Counted from the stretch's first letter, positions 1-12,589 are shown. The stretch is 64,000 bases of DNA from Macrostomum lignano (GCA_002269645.1 NIVC01002521.1:1-64000); one strand, 5' to 3'. The notes: generated from the letters alone by a model not told the origin. Translations and numbers: made by a program.

Positions 1-1773
1 TGAGTAGGCTCGCTTTGAGAACACTGTGCTCAGCAGCATAGACTGATCCACGCCAGTGCGCAGGACCGACTCTAAATCGGCAATGTTTCTACTGGCAGGC
101 AGAAGCAAGTCAACGCTGATGTAGATGGTCATGCTGTTGGAGTCCACAGAGATTCTAACTGCGCCAATCTCATCGGAAGCAATCTGCCAAGCGGAACGTT
201 GCAGACTCTGTTGAAGAGCTGACTGAGCAGATAGTCGCTAAGGGCTTGGCTTCTTCAGCAGAAGTTTGATTGGCGCTTTGAGGTGCCGCCGCTGCCAAGA
301 AGTAGCGAGCTAGCCAGGGATCAGCTGGCATGCTCAAGTTGATGCTTAGAGTTGCCATGCGATCGATAGGAATGTAGTCAGGTCCCATCGGGTGCGGAGA
401 TGTCGGAGCTGGAGTTGTGGTAGCTGCAGCTGTAGCACCTTTAAGAGTCTGCTGGGTTGTTGGCAGAGGACCTCCGGGAGCTGGTGTAGCTTTTGCCTCA
501 TCAGTAGCAGCAGCAGTAGTAGTTGTTGCAGTAGTCGCTTCTGATGTTGCCACTGAAGTCTGGACAACGGTAGCCGCAGTTGTAGTTTCCATAGCAACTG
601 TGCTGACATTGACAACCCGATGCTCTGGAGCCGGAGGCAGCTGCCTGATGATGAGGCTAGCATAGGAGTCCTCGCTGGAGTTGGGCCGCTGCTGATCCAG
701 CTGCTGCAGGCGCATCCGGTCCAGATCGATGAAGGACTCATTGGATGACAGGTAGAAGTTCTTGAAGGCCCAGAAGCGCTGCATGACGGTGTCTGGCGGC
801 ATGCTGGTGAAGGCTGACACGGTTGACAGTTGCAGAGCAGCCGAGGTGGCATTGGACAGCGGATTGAGTCGAATTCGATGCTGCTCAACCAGATTAGAGA
901 CGCAGACTCCGCCTTCGCTATTGGTATTGAACAGAGCGTGAGCCCAGGTGATGAGGAAGCAGAAATACTCGCCGGATGAGTCGCTGCTCTGCCGGCTGAA
1001 CGGCTGCAGAGCGGAGTGGCGCACCAGGACAGTCAGGTTCGCTGTGGACGGACCGTCACTTGTCGAGAGGACATTGTCAGACAGAGACCTGGCCGCGATC
1101 AGTCGCTTGTCGCTGGTAGCCGTGGCCGACCAGTTCAACAGTTGGACAGCCACCTGGGAGCAGCTGACGGCGGCGCCAGCCTGCGGCACCACTGCCAAGG
1201 CCTCGATGGTGCCAGACGGATCCGTGGGCAGCGACAGAACGGTCACGTGACTGGCGTTGGCACCGAGCCAAGCCGACAGGCGATTGGCTACCGGCAGCCA
1301 GGAGGCGTCGGCGGCAGCTACGGCAATGTCGGCGGGCGAAGGACGGAACCGGAGCAGCAGGTCGCACCAGCGCGGAGCTGTCAGGCCAGTTCGAGTGTCC
1401 AGCAGGCGCAATGTGGAGCTCTGATTGTCAAACACCAGTGGAAACACGTTAACATTGGCTTGAAGAGCCTCAAGCTCAGAGTTGATCAGCTTGCTCAGCG
1501 AGGTCTCATCGAAATTAGCTCCAGTTGCTGAGACTGCAGTTCTATTTGCCGGCCAGGCGATACGGCTGAGGCCATCAATTCGAATGCTGGCATCGAGCTG
1601 ACGGCGGGCTCTGTACTCGAAGCTGACCAGCTGGGCCGGCCCTGCTGGCCGGAGAAAATGACCGACTGGACGAAGCGCAGCTTGCCGGAGAGCAGGCGGT
1701 GAAGGTCGCTCTCGGGCATGGCCTGGGAGAGGGGGGTGTTAGGGATGGACTGGGTTGAACTGCAGGCGAAATT
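1..1773 (-). CDS. Exon 3 (partial, runs off the window) of the same glycoprotein, with a mucin-like T/A/P tract; two apparent frameshifts
   Basis: Acceptor ctttgtagttcag|AAT at 1773, phase 0. Protein-like sequence switches frame near 1640 (QQG/PAQLVSFEY) and near 240 (EEAKP/LSAQSALQQSLQRSAWQIASDEIGAVRISVD). Includes ORF 170..1447. Confidence 0.6.
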
Positions 1774-1829
1774 CTGAACTACAAAGTCGCAAAGCTCTAA
1801 TAATGTGCTTTCCGGTGCATGACCACTTC

Positions 1830-3000
1830 TCGGGTGTATGACCCCCTCCATGACTCCATGAACCACCTGATAGACATTATGACCCATCTGATACACTATG
1901 ACCCACCTGATAGACAATATGACCCATCTGATGGACACTATGACCCATATGATAGATACTATGACCCACTTGATATACACTCAATGACCCACCTGATATA
2001 TACTCAATGACCCACCTGATAGACACTCAATGACCCACCCGATAGACACACTGATCCACCCGATAGACACTATGACCCACCTGATATACACTCAATGACC
2101 CACCTGATATACACTCAATGACCCACCTGATATACACTCAATGACCCACCTGATATACACTCAATGACCCACCTGATATACACTCAATGACCCACCTGAT
2201 ATATACTCAATGACCCACCTGATATACACTCAATGACCCACCCGATAGACACACTGATCCACCCGATAGACACTATGACCCACCTGATATACACTCAATG
2301 ACCCACCTGATAGACACTCAATGACCCACCCGATAGATACACTGATCCACCCGATAGATACACTGACCCACCTGATATACACTCAATGACCCACCTGATA
2401 GACACTCAATGACCCACCCGATAGATACACTGATCCACCCGATAGATACACTGACCCACCTGATATACACTCAATGACCCACCTGATATACACTCAATGA
2501 CCCACCTGATATACACTCAATGACCCACCTGATAGACACTCAATGACCCACCCGATAGATACACTGATCCACCGATAGATACACTGACCCACCTGATATA
2601 CACTCAATGACCCACCTGATAGACACTCAATGACCCACCCGATAGACACTCTGACCCACCTGATAGATACACTCAATGACCCACCCGATAGACACTCTGA
2701 CCCACCTGATAGACACTATGAAACACCCGATAGACTATGACTCACTCATTCGACAGACACTATGACTCACTCATTCGACAGACACTATGATTCACTCATT
2801 CGACAGACACTATGACTCACTCATTCGACAGACACTATGACCCACCCGATAGACTGACCCACGCGATACTCTATGACCACCAGATAGACGCTCAATAAAC
2901 CCCCGATAGATTATGACCTAATAGATAGACTATGACTTCCATGGACTCGAATGACCCACCCGATAGACGCTATGACCCACTAGGTAGACTATATGACCCA
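1830..3000. repeat. Intronic minisatellite, ~23-nt unit TGACCCACCTGATATACACTCAA
   Basis: Tandem copies seen directly, with degenerate edges. Confidence 0.95.
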
Positions 3001-3055
3001 CTCAATGAACTTCATGATAAATGAAAATCAAATAACTATGAAAAATAGGCCTCAC

Positions 3056-3736
3056 CTGCAGAGTGGCATTGCTAACAAAATTCCGCAACAAGTAGGTCTG
3101 CAGCATGAGTGCGCTGTTGAACAGTCCAGAAGCGGTTGGCTGGCCCGACAATCGAAGATCCGACAGTCTCACAAAGCTAAATAGCGGCATTTTATCGGCA
3201 GTAGCCGATGCCTCATCAGACAGTCTGGCCAGAGGCGACTTGGCATCCAGAGCTACCAGAGCGTCTAGCCGAGCCAGTTTAGAATCGGATTTGTATCTGA
3301 CAGCCACTGGCCAAGACACGAGCCGCCCTCCAAGCAGATCTACTAGCATCTGTTCGAGCAGGAATTGCAGCCGGTTGGCGCCGCTAGATTGCGGATTAGT
3401 TGGCCAGCTGCGATAGGCCAACGGCGCGGATGCATTGACGGAGACCAAGCGCCACAGGATGGTCAGGCGGACCGGTGCGATGCTGGTTGACCCCATCACT
3501 GGCGGTGGTCGGTTGAAATAACTCGACGTTGCGTAGCGATAGATTATTGAAGAGGCCGGGATCTGTTGAGGCGGCAGAGTGGGCACAATGTCGGCGCGTA
3601 GGTCCACCGGTTGAAGCAGGGAGTCGCCGGATAGAGAGGCTGTTAGAGCTGTCAGGGTGATGTCGTGCATACCGGGTGATGTAGCATTGCTGCTGCTGCT
3701 GCTGCTGTGGTTGCTGCACAATATCATGGCCGTGAT
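3056..3736 (-). CDS. Exon 2 of the same secreted glycoprotein
   Basis: Acceptor ttattatcgctcgcag|ATC at 3736; donor CAG|GTGAGG at 3056; 681 nt, phase 0 at both ends; matches ORF 3002..3727. Confidence 0.7.
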
Positions 3737-3834
3737 CTGCGAGCGATAATAAGGTAGTTTTGAAATGGATTATAGTCATTGTGGCTAACAGTTTTTTAGT
3801 GTAAAAATTGGTTTCAAATATTGCAAAAAGCAGC

Positions 3835-5450
3835 GTCAGGGAAAACCTCAGTAAGTGTCAGGGAGAATCTCAGTAGGTGTCAGGGAGAACCTCAGTAAGT
3901 GTCAGCGAAAAACCTCAGTAAGTGTCAGGGAGAACCTCAGTAAGTGTCAGGGAGAACCTCAGTAAGTGTCAGGGAGAATCTCAGTAGGTGTCAGGGAGAA
4001 CCTCAGTAAGTGTCAGCGAAAAACCTCAGTAAGTGTCAGGGAGAACCTCAGTAAGTGTCAGGGAAAAACCTCAGTAAGTGTCGGGGAAGCACCCCAGTAA
4101 GTGTCAGGAGAGCACTTCCTTTAGTAGGAGATCGGAGATCGGAGCACCTCGTTTAGTATCAAGAATGCACCTCATTCAGTGTCAGGAAAGCACATCATTT
4201 AGTGTCAGGAGAGCACCTTATTTTGTGTCAGGAAAGCACCCAAGTAAGTGTCAGGAGAGCACCTCATTTAGTATCAGGGAGGCAACTCATTTAGTGTCAG
4301 GAGAGCACCTCATTTAGTGTCAGGGAAGCACCCAAGTAAGTGTCAGGAGAGCACCTCATTAAGTGTCAGGAGAGCACCTCATTTAGTGTCAGGAGAGCAC
4401 CTCATTTAGTGTCAGGAGAGCACCTCATTTAGTGTCAGGAGAGCACCTCATTAAGTGTCAGGGAAGCACCCAAGTAAGTGTCAGGAGAGCACCTCATTAA
4501 GTGTCAGGAGAGCACCTCATTTAGTGTCAGGAGAGCACCTCATTTAGTGTCAGGGAAGCACCCAAGTAAGTGTCAGGAGAGCAACTCATTAAGTGTCAGG
4601 AGAGCACCTCATTTAGTGTCAGGAGAGCACCTCATTAAGTGTCAGGGAAGCACCCAAGTAAGTGTCAGGAGAGCACCTCATTAAGTGTCAGGAGAGCACC
4701 TCATTTAGTGTCAGGAGAGCACCTCATTTAGTGTCAGGGAAGCACCCAAGTAAGTGTCAGGAGAGCAACTCATTAAGTGTCAGGAGAGCACCTCATTTAG
4801 TGTCAGGAGAGCACCTCATTTAGTGTCAGGAGAGCACCTCATTTAGTGTCAGGAGAGCACCTCATTAAGTGTCAGGGAAGCACCCAAGTAAGTGTCAGGA
4901 GAGCACCTCATTAAGTGTCAGGAGAGCACCTCATTTAGTGTCAGGAGAGCACCTCATTTAGTGTCAGGGAAGCACCCAAGTAAGTGTCAGGAGAGCAACT
5001 CATTAAGTGTCAGGAGAGCACCTCATTTAGTGTCAGGAGAGCACCTCATTAAGTGTCAGGGAAGCACCCAAGTAAGTGTCAGGAGAGCACCTCATTAAGT
5101 GTCAGGAGAGCACCTCATTTAGTGTCAGGAGAGCACCTCATTTAGTGTCAGGGAAGCACCCAAGTAAGTGTCAGGAGAGCAACTCATTAAGTGTCAGGAG
5201 AGCACCTCATTTAGTGTCAGGAGAGCACCTCATTTAGTGTCAGGAGAGCACCTCATTTAGTGTCAGGAGAGCACCTCATTAAGTGTCAGGAGAGCACCTC
5301 ATTTAGTGTCAGGAGAGCACCTCATTTAGTGTCAGGAGAGCACCTCATTAAGTGTCAGGAAAACACAACATTAAGTGTCAGAAGAGCGCCTCATTAAGTG
5401 TCCGCGAAGCACCTCATTAAGTACCAGGTGTCAGGTAAAAATCTCATTAA
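3835..5450. repeat. Intronic minisatellite, ~21-22-nt unit GTGTCAGGAGAGCACCTCATTTA, with higher-order periodicity
   Basis: Tandem copies; variant unit GTCAGGGAAGCACCCAAGTAA recurs; identical ORFs at 4478 and 4892 show a 414-nt block repeat. Confidence 0.95.
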
Positions 5451-5495
5451 GTATCAGGAAAGCAACAACAAAATACAATCTGTCAGACAACTCAC

Positions 5496-7652
5496 CCTAC
5501 ACGTGTCGCCAGCCCGACAGTCCTTGGCAGTCAAATCGACATCTTCAATATCACGCAGACCGGCGCGCCGCAGGGCAGCATTGAGGCCGCTAGTCAGCAG
5601 GTAGTCACCGATGCGGCCGCCGTACAGCAGCTTGGAGCTGACGGTGAACACCAGCCGAAGTGCATGGTTGGCATCGAGATCGGCGGTGCTGCCGTCTGGT
5701 TTTTTCGGCGTTGGAGTCGGACTCGGCGTTGTCGCCGGCCCCGGCGTGGCAGTGGCGGCAGCGTTGCAGGAGCGACGCTCAACATTGGCCGCGGAGTTCA
5801 AAGTAGTCAGGGGTCCAAAGTCGCCGCTGATTAAACGGATTGAACGAACAAATCGAGCGTTGAAGTCGGCGGCGTCGGAGCTCTTGAAAGAGTCGTTAAC
5901 AGCGTACGACACTTTGACGTCGATGACAGCAACAGCAGCGTTGGAAGTTTTGCCAGCGACCTGATGCGACACGCTCAGCGACAGATTGCTAGTCAAGGAT
6001 CTGTACTCGGGCTTGTCAATCTGAGATACCGCAGCGATGAGAAAAAATCTAATTAGGCCGGTGGTCAGGTCAGGCCGGCTTATTGGCACCTGTGCTAGAA
6101 GAGATTGTCGGTCTAAGCTGAGCTGGAACTGCTGTCTCAGGATGCTTACAGAGCCGGCCAGCTTAGCTGTTGCACAGAGCCTGGTTAGCAGGGTCAGGTC
6201 ATTGTCAGGCGCTGGTTTGCCGTTGCCGCCGTTGCCGCAGTCGGAGCTGTAAGCGGACACAGGCTGTGACAGGCGTACACTAGCCAAGCCCAGGTGCTTC
6301 CTGACCAGGTAGGCATTGATGTTGCGCTGCAGGCCGGACTGCAGCACCAGCGGATAGCGCAGCAGTGCCGGGTGGCGAGCTTTCAGTTTGATGGACAGAT
6401 CAACAACCAGACGCTTGGGCTGGGCGCTGCAGGACACTGACCGGATGTGCACGTATGCGCTGCTATGATTGGCTGGCACAAACAGGTGAGCGGTGCTGTT
6501 GCTCCTAGCTAGGGAGGCCAAGATATCTCGAGTTTCAATCACGCGCCTGCTATTGTCGGCGCGCACCGAGGCGATGGTTTCGCATTGAGGCGGCCGGATG
6601 TCGGCAGACTCGCTCAGGCTGATGTTGACAGACACGGAGGCTGAGATGTCGTAGCAGGCGACGCAGCTGGCGGCCAGTTGAGTAGCCGGTGGGCTGGCAA
6701 AGTTCAGATAGTTCAAACAGCTGGGCGCCGCTCCCTGCCTCTGCACGCCATAATCGTCGCTGTGACGGGACAGTTGAGCATAGCGCTGAGCAATATCCGA
6801 GTCCAACATGAGCCAGTCAGTAGTTGGATTGTCTACGCGAAGGCGAAAGTCAATGATGAAGGCTAATAGGCGAGAGTTGGACTGCAGGATGATTGGCAAA
6901 GGTGCACCGCCGCTGAAAATCAGGCCGCTGCTGGTTGCATTGCTGGCAGGTGCAGTGGAGTTGAACCGGCTAGACGGCATGAAGAACAGCCGGTCGGTGA
7001 GGCGGTGCAGATCCGCCGGTAGTCCAGCAGCCGCAGTCGCTGCTGCATCCTGCGCGCTAGCCAAGTTTCTACAGGCGCTCTCGGATTTGTCCAACCTCAG
7101 GGCGCCGAAAAAGTGTACAGTCTCTTCTTTTGAAGGCTGGCAGGCGCCAAACAGGTAGTGATATTCGACTCTAATGTCGGAGAACTGTCTGAGATTGAAG
7201 TGCGTATCAGCGGCGCGAGTCTCTGCGGCCATAAACAGGTGCTGCTGGAACACGTGGCTGCAGTGGTCGGAGTCTGCTGGCGAGTTCAGCTCAACAATGA
7301 GATCTCGCATCCCCAACTGGGTGCCGTTGGCTTCCAGCCAGGCAGATGACGCGTCATGCACCCATAGCTTGCCGGGGAAGACGGTTGCTAGGAGGTGGCG
7401 GAGCTCGTACAGGCCGGCAGTTGTAAGGCCGTCGGGACCGGAGCGCAGCGCAGCTGCTGCCCAGCTTCTGGTCTCCGGGTCTTGGCGAAGCGGCAGTCGG
7501 ATGTTCAACAGGCGATTGTACATGGGATAGGCCACGCTGGGATCCGGTGGTCGCTCGCAAACTCCAGACGCTAGCAGGCCGACCGGAGCACCGGTCAGGA
7601 AGACGATCAGGATTGGCCATAGACGATGGCTGTCGGCCAGATGATTGGGCAT
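5496..7652 (-). CDS. Exon 1 of a large unidentified secreted/cell-surface glycoprotein (signal peptide, many N-X-S/T sequons, Thr/Pro-rich linker)
   Basis: Non-repetitive part of ORF 5454..8345. ATG at 7652 gives MPNHLADSHRLWPILIVFLTGAPVGLLASG (signal-peptide-like). The exon is 2157 nt (719 codons) and ends at donor AGG|GTGAGT at 5496/5495, phase 0. Confidence 0.75.
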
Positions 7653-7761
7653 GTTCTGGCTGCCCAACGAGTCCGCTCTCGGTAGATGATCTGGGGAAGG
7701 GTGGGTGACGGAGTCAAGATATTTTTGACTAAATAGACTGAAGAACTGAGGAAGAGGGTAG

Positions 7762-8312
7762 CTGCAAACCCAACTGACTGAAGCCCAGAGGGAGAGAGGC
7801 TGCAAACCCAACTGACTGAAGCCCAGAGGGAGAGAGGCTGCAACCCCAACTGACTGAAGCCCAGAGGGGGAGAGGCTGCAACCCCAACTGACTGAAGCCC
7901 AGAGGGAGAGGCTGCAACCCCAACTGACTGAAGCCCACAGAGGGAGAGAGGCTGCAACCCCAACTGACTGAAGCCCATAGAGGGAGAGAGGCTGCAACCC
8001 CAACTGACTGAAGCCCAGAGGGGAGAGGCTGCAACCCCAACTGACTGAAGCCCACAGAGGGAGAGAGGCTGCAACCCCAACTGACTGAAGCCCATAGAGG
8101 GAGAGGCTGCAACCCCAACTGACTGAAGCCCATAGAGGGAGAGAGGCTGCAACCCCAACTGACTGAAGCCCAGAGGGGAGAGGCTGCAACCCCAACTGAC
8201 TGAAGCCCAGAGGAAGAGAGGCTGCAACCCCAACTGACTGAAGCCCAGAGGAAGAGAGGCTGCAACCCCAACTGACTGAAGCCCAGAGGGGGAGAGGCTG
8301 CAACCCCAACTG
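7762..8312. repeat. Minisatellite, ~38-40-nt unit GGCTGCAACCCCAACTGACTGAAGCCCAGAGGGAGAGA
   Basis: Tandem copies immediately upstream of the ATG at 7652. Confidence 0.95.
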
Positions 8313-8959
8313 ACAGAATATTATTGAGCAGTCTAATTGAAACAATCAATCTGAAATATTATCTCTACTGTTAAAAATAAACAAAAAAATTATATAAATT
8401 CACTCTGTACAAAAATAGAAAGTTCCAATCTAAATGACTAGTGTGTACAATGCAAATACAAAGTTTGGATAATACAAGCTATAAAGATAAATGAAGTTGC
8501 GAGGAAAACAATAAATTAAAAATCTGCAATCTAATGCACTCCACAACCTATACAGGATCACAGCCCACAAATCCGGCCAATGTACTATTATCGACAGCTG
8601 TATCCGTGCAATGCAGAACTGAGAGCTGCTCGGTTAGCTAACAAACAGCCAAAGCTGCGAAGAATTCACCGATATTGGCATCGTCAAACGGTTAAAATAA
8701 TAAAGAGATTGATTGTGCTGCATTCAAAATCATACTTTGCTTTATTTAGAAAATATTACTTATTTATTAACGTATTAATAGCCTGTTGTGGATTTGTAAT
8801 TTTGTAGTAGTGAACTTTAGATAGAAAGCATGAAGCATGGTTCAAATAAGGATGGCATGCGGGTTATTTTTGTTTGCTTTTTACCCCGTTCTGTGTTACA
8901 ATTTTGTGACTTTTATAACTGCGAACTATGAAGAGGGTTCATGGCAACAGGGGATCTTG

Positions 8960-9680
8960 AGAGAGAGGTCATCGGGGGTCATGGGAAGAGGGGGTCATGG
9001 GAGAGGGGTCATTAGAAGAGGGGCTTATTGGGAGAGGGGTCATTGAAAGAACATTAGAATATGGGTCATAGGGAGAGGCTCGTTGGAAGAGGGGTCATAC
9101 TCGTAGGAAGAGGGACTCATTGGAAGAGGGGTCATGGGAAGAGGGTCATGTGAAGAGGGGGTCATAGGAAGAGGGGTCACGGGATGAGGGGTCATGCCCA
9201 TGGGAGAGGGGTCATTGGAAGAACATTAGAAGAGAGGTCACGGGATGAGGGGTCATGGGAGAGAGGTCATGGCAGACGGGTCATTGGAAGAACATTAGAA
9301 GAGGGGTCATGGGAAGAGGGGTCATTGGAAGAGCATTGAGGGGTCATGGGAAGAGGGGTCATGGAAAATAAGTCATGGGAAGAGGGTCATATGAAAAAAT
9401 ATAGAAGAGAAGTCATGGGAAGAGGGGGTCATAAAAAGGTCATAGGAAGAGAGGTTATGCCATGGGAAGAAGGGTCATGAAAGAGGGGTCATGGGAAGAG
9501 GGGTCATTAGAAGATGGGTCATGGGAATAGGATCGTTAGAAGATGGGTCATTAGAAGAGGGGTCATTGGAAGAGGGGTCATTAGAAAGGGGGTCGTTAGA
9601 AGAGGGGTCATTAGAAGAGGGGTCATTGGAAGGCGGTCAGTGAAAGAGGGGTCAATGGAAGAGGGTCATGGGAAGTAGGT
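8960..9680. repeat. Degenerate purine-rich minisatellite (GGAAGAGGGGTCAT-like)
   Basis: Repeated GGGTCA-containing ~15-nt units. Confidence 0.85.
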
Positions 9681-10300
9681 AGGGACTATTACATTTGTAG
9701 AAGAGAGGGCCCATGACTAAAAATGAGTCATATGATAAAGAAATTAATGAGATTTAATGGGACAGATTTTTAGGAAAGAGAGCTCTGAAAAGTGGGGTCA
9801 GGACGGGTCAGATAGAGGGGTCAGTGGAAGTGGGTTTAGGATAAAGGAGATCAAAGGGGGATCATGCATAGCATAATTTATAAGGTTAGATTTAAAAGTC
9901 TACATTCAACAAAACAGATGACAAAATTCCGCGGAAAATATAGAAAATAAGCTTTTTGGGCCTGGTCCTATCTACAGCTTTTGTAGTATGGAAGCCGATA
10001 GTGAACGTAAAAGAACACATTGGCGATTTTATTCTTATAATATTGTTGTTGAATAAGAGATGGATCGGATTGACAGTCGATCCCAGACCAGTACTTCCGT
10101 TTTACAAGGTCAGCCAGGTCCCATGCAAAAGACTATTTAGAAGTTGGGATTTTGTCTCTGCCAGCTCATGTCCTCTCTCTTAAGTCCCAAACTCCACCTC
10201 TCCTCAAACAATCAGCAGCCATTTAATCCGGACTTCTTTGCGGAATCTTGAACCCAGTAGGATTAAAGAAGAGATTGAAGTCTGATCCCGTGTATTATAC

Positions 10301-10579
10301 ATGTGTACACAAGGCTTACTGTCTCTCTATCACTCAGCTCATTACTGGCAGATGTTTGGAAGGCAAACACACAAGCGTACTAATATTATTCTATACCAAA
10401 GCGAACTTTATACTCATAGGTATATTGGTGAATCGAAGAAATGTGGACGCCGACAAGTTCCGAAAATTTCAGGCCATTCAGGGCTTAAAAAACCTTACGA
10501 AATAGAAGTTCTATCTGATCTCTCTGCCCATGATAGGATGGAATACGAATTATCATGGAACTTAAATTCTCATACATAA
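10301..10579 (+). pseudogene. Possible degenerate GIY-YIG endonuclease remnant (Penelope-like)
   Basis: Translation has IILY...RYIGES..CGRR and YEIEVL...DRMEYELSW, loosely like GIY-YIG motifs. No reverse transcriptase recognised nearby. Confidence 0.25.
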
Positions 10580-11246
10580 TGCCCTCAGTTTACTCACCTT
10601 AGTTGTGTCTTCTATGTTATTAATTTAATTTTAACTTTGGCAGAATTTTTGTCGTACTTAAATCTCGAATGACGAAAGGCTGGGCCTTGCAATTCGTAGC
10701 TATCAAGCTAGTCTAGGCCTGTGTTGTTGTGAGTGATTGTAATTTTCTCTGCTGGTGTTATTTGGCAGAGACGATACGGCAGGTCCAAAACTACACAAAG
10801 TTAAAGTATAGAAGGCTTGACTGACCAAGGCACTGTGTTAAAAGCTGGGGAGGTGGGGAAATTAAAGCCTCCACAAAACCAAACTAAAATTGGTCAGCAC
10901 GCCAACACACCCCAAAGCCGTACCAAAGCCGCCGGAAAGCACCCTCCTCTCCTCCGCCGTGGTAAAGGCCGGCGCGTGGGCTGGATTTTGCCGCCAGCCA
11001 ATCAGAGACGACCGGCAGCGCCAACCCATTTAATCGATTCGCCTTACCCTCTCTCTCAGAATGACCTTCCTATCCAATTAACCCCAACCAGCCCCGGCCC
11101 AATTAAGATAGCGCGTGCCCCGCGCGGACAGTGGATGAGTCACAAAAACAAGCCTTAACCCCAACCTTTTGTACGGCCTCTCCTTCACGTACGCCAAGCC
11201 AAACACAAACAAATTCAATTCACTCCAATCATCGATTTTTTGGCAG

Positions 11247-11540
11247 GACTCGGCTGCAGGCTTGTCGGACAGTCGCGTAATGTGCAATCCTAGCCGGCAC
11301 AGTGTCTTAGCCGCGCAGGGCAGCGAAACTGATGCTGTAGTTGGCGGCATGCTTCACAGCGTTCAATGCAGACGGCGCTTGTGCATAACAACACAGGGCG
11401 CCTCATCTATTGACAAGTATTCCAGAATTCTATTTCCATTATGCTTCAGTGTATTTAACATTATTTATTGGCTGGTCTATTTGCGCCTATCGGACGGCTC
11501 TGATACCTTGTTGAAAGAGTTTGATATTATTATTGGTTAA
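11247..11540 (+). CDS. Last coding exon of a Cys-loop ligand-gated anion channel subunit (GABA-A/glycine/GluCl type): end of the M3-M4 loop plus TM4
   Basis: IDKYSRILFPLCFSVFNIIYWLVY matches the canonical TM4 signature. Acceptor atcgattttttggcag|GAC at 11247; stop TAA at 11538-11540; AATAAA near 11586. Confidence 0.85.
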   Translation, partial: DSAAGLSDSRVMCNPSRHSVLAAQGSETDAVVGGMLHSVQCRRRLCITTQGASSIDKYSRILFPLCFSVFNIIYWLVYLRLSDGSDTLLKEFDIIIG

Positions 11541-12589
11541 GATGAATCAAGATGAAGTTTTGAATAACGTATTTCTCGAATATTAAATAAATTATTAAAA
11601 ATACTCCCTGAGGGGCGTCGCCATGGGGGGGGCACCGTAAAAGCTATGACCCGCTATGGAAATCAGTAATTCTGCTTCAGGGCAGGGCGCCAAAATGAAC
11701 GCTGACAACACCTCAACACCTAATGTACTCCAATAAAATCCACGGCGAAGCCCATGTAAACTCGTCATTTCAAATTATATCTATTCTATAATGCGCACTA
11801 AACCTAATTATAAATATATTAATTCATATATTATCCTATCCGCGTTATTAAAAGTACATTATCGAAATCAGCACGCAAAGAGCATTCGAATGTCATAAAT
11901 TCTTAATCCAATTGATAAATTGCGATCATTACCTATAAAAAATTAAGAATAATTTATTCTACTCTTAGTAGCGTAAAGTAAATAAATCTGATTGATGTTA
12001 AAAAGTGCAAACCAACTAAAACAGCAGTTTATTCTGGTCTACAGGCCTATTTTTGATGTTTTGTTTAATTGCGATGTTCGTTCGTATTTTGATATAAACT
12101 CGTTTCTGTGTGCGTTTGGCTGCGCCATTGATTTATAGTTTTTTTGTTTATCCTCTGTATACGAGAGTAGCGCATTTTTATTTTGATTTATACGCACGTA
12201 TGATAAAAGTACTTCGTTATGGTATTGTATCGTATTAATTCTCTTTTGCAAAGCATCTAACCTTTGCGTACAATGCACTCAATAATTTGTATGCGATCTG
12301 CCTGCTGCGTAAAAAGGCAAGACAAAATGTCCAAACTTTGCTATACAAAACCCATAATATTATAGACATTATCGGAGGCTGGAATTTTCCAATATTGCTG
12401 GAATTTAATTTGCACCTGTTATACGCCATAATATAATTTTCTACGGGTTATAAAATAATTATAGCGGCTGTGCTAAGCTTAATCAGTAAATAATGCGCAA
12501 TTTATCTTTAATTAGTCAACTTTATTTGTTAAAGTGACAGATTTTTATTACCTGTTCGACAGGGTTTCGCGTCACCAATGTCATGATCA

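Noticed and set aside
346-1531. Overlapping ORFs 346..888 (-), 948..1250 (+), 1016..1531 (+)
   Set aside because: Alternative-frame or antisense shadows of the GC-rich glycoprotein exon.
7653-8345. N-terminal ~230 aa of the 963-aa ORF 5454..8345, and ORFs 7607..8233 and 7729..8349
   Set aside because: These are translations of the 38-40-nt minisatellite; the plausible start is the ATG at 7652.
11605-11700. AGGGGCGTCGCC...GGGGGGGCA...GGGCGCCAAAAT, like a hAT/MITE end
   Set aside because: No matching opposite terminus or TSD found; too short to call.
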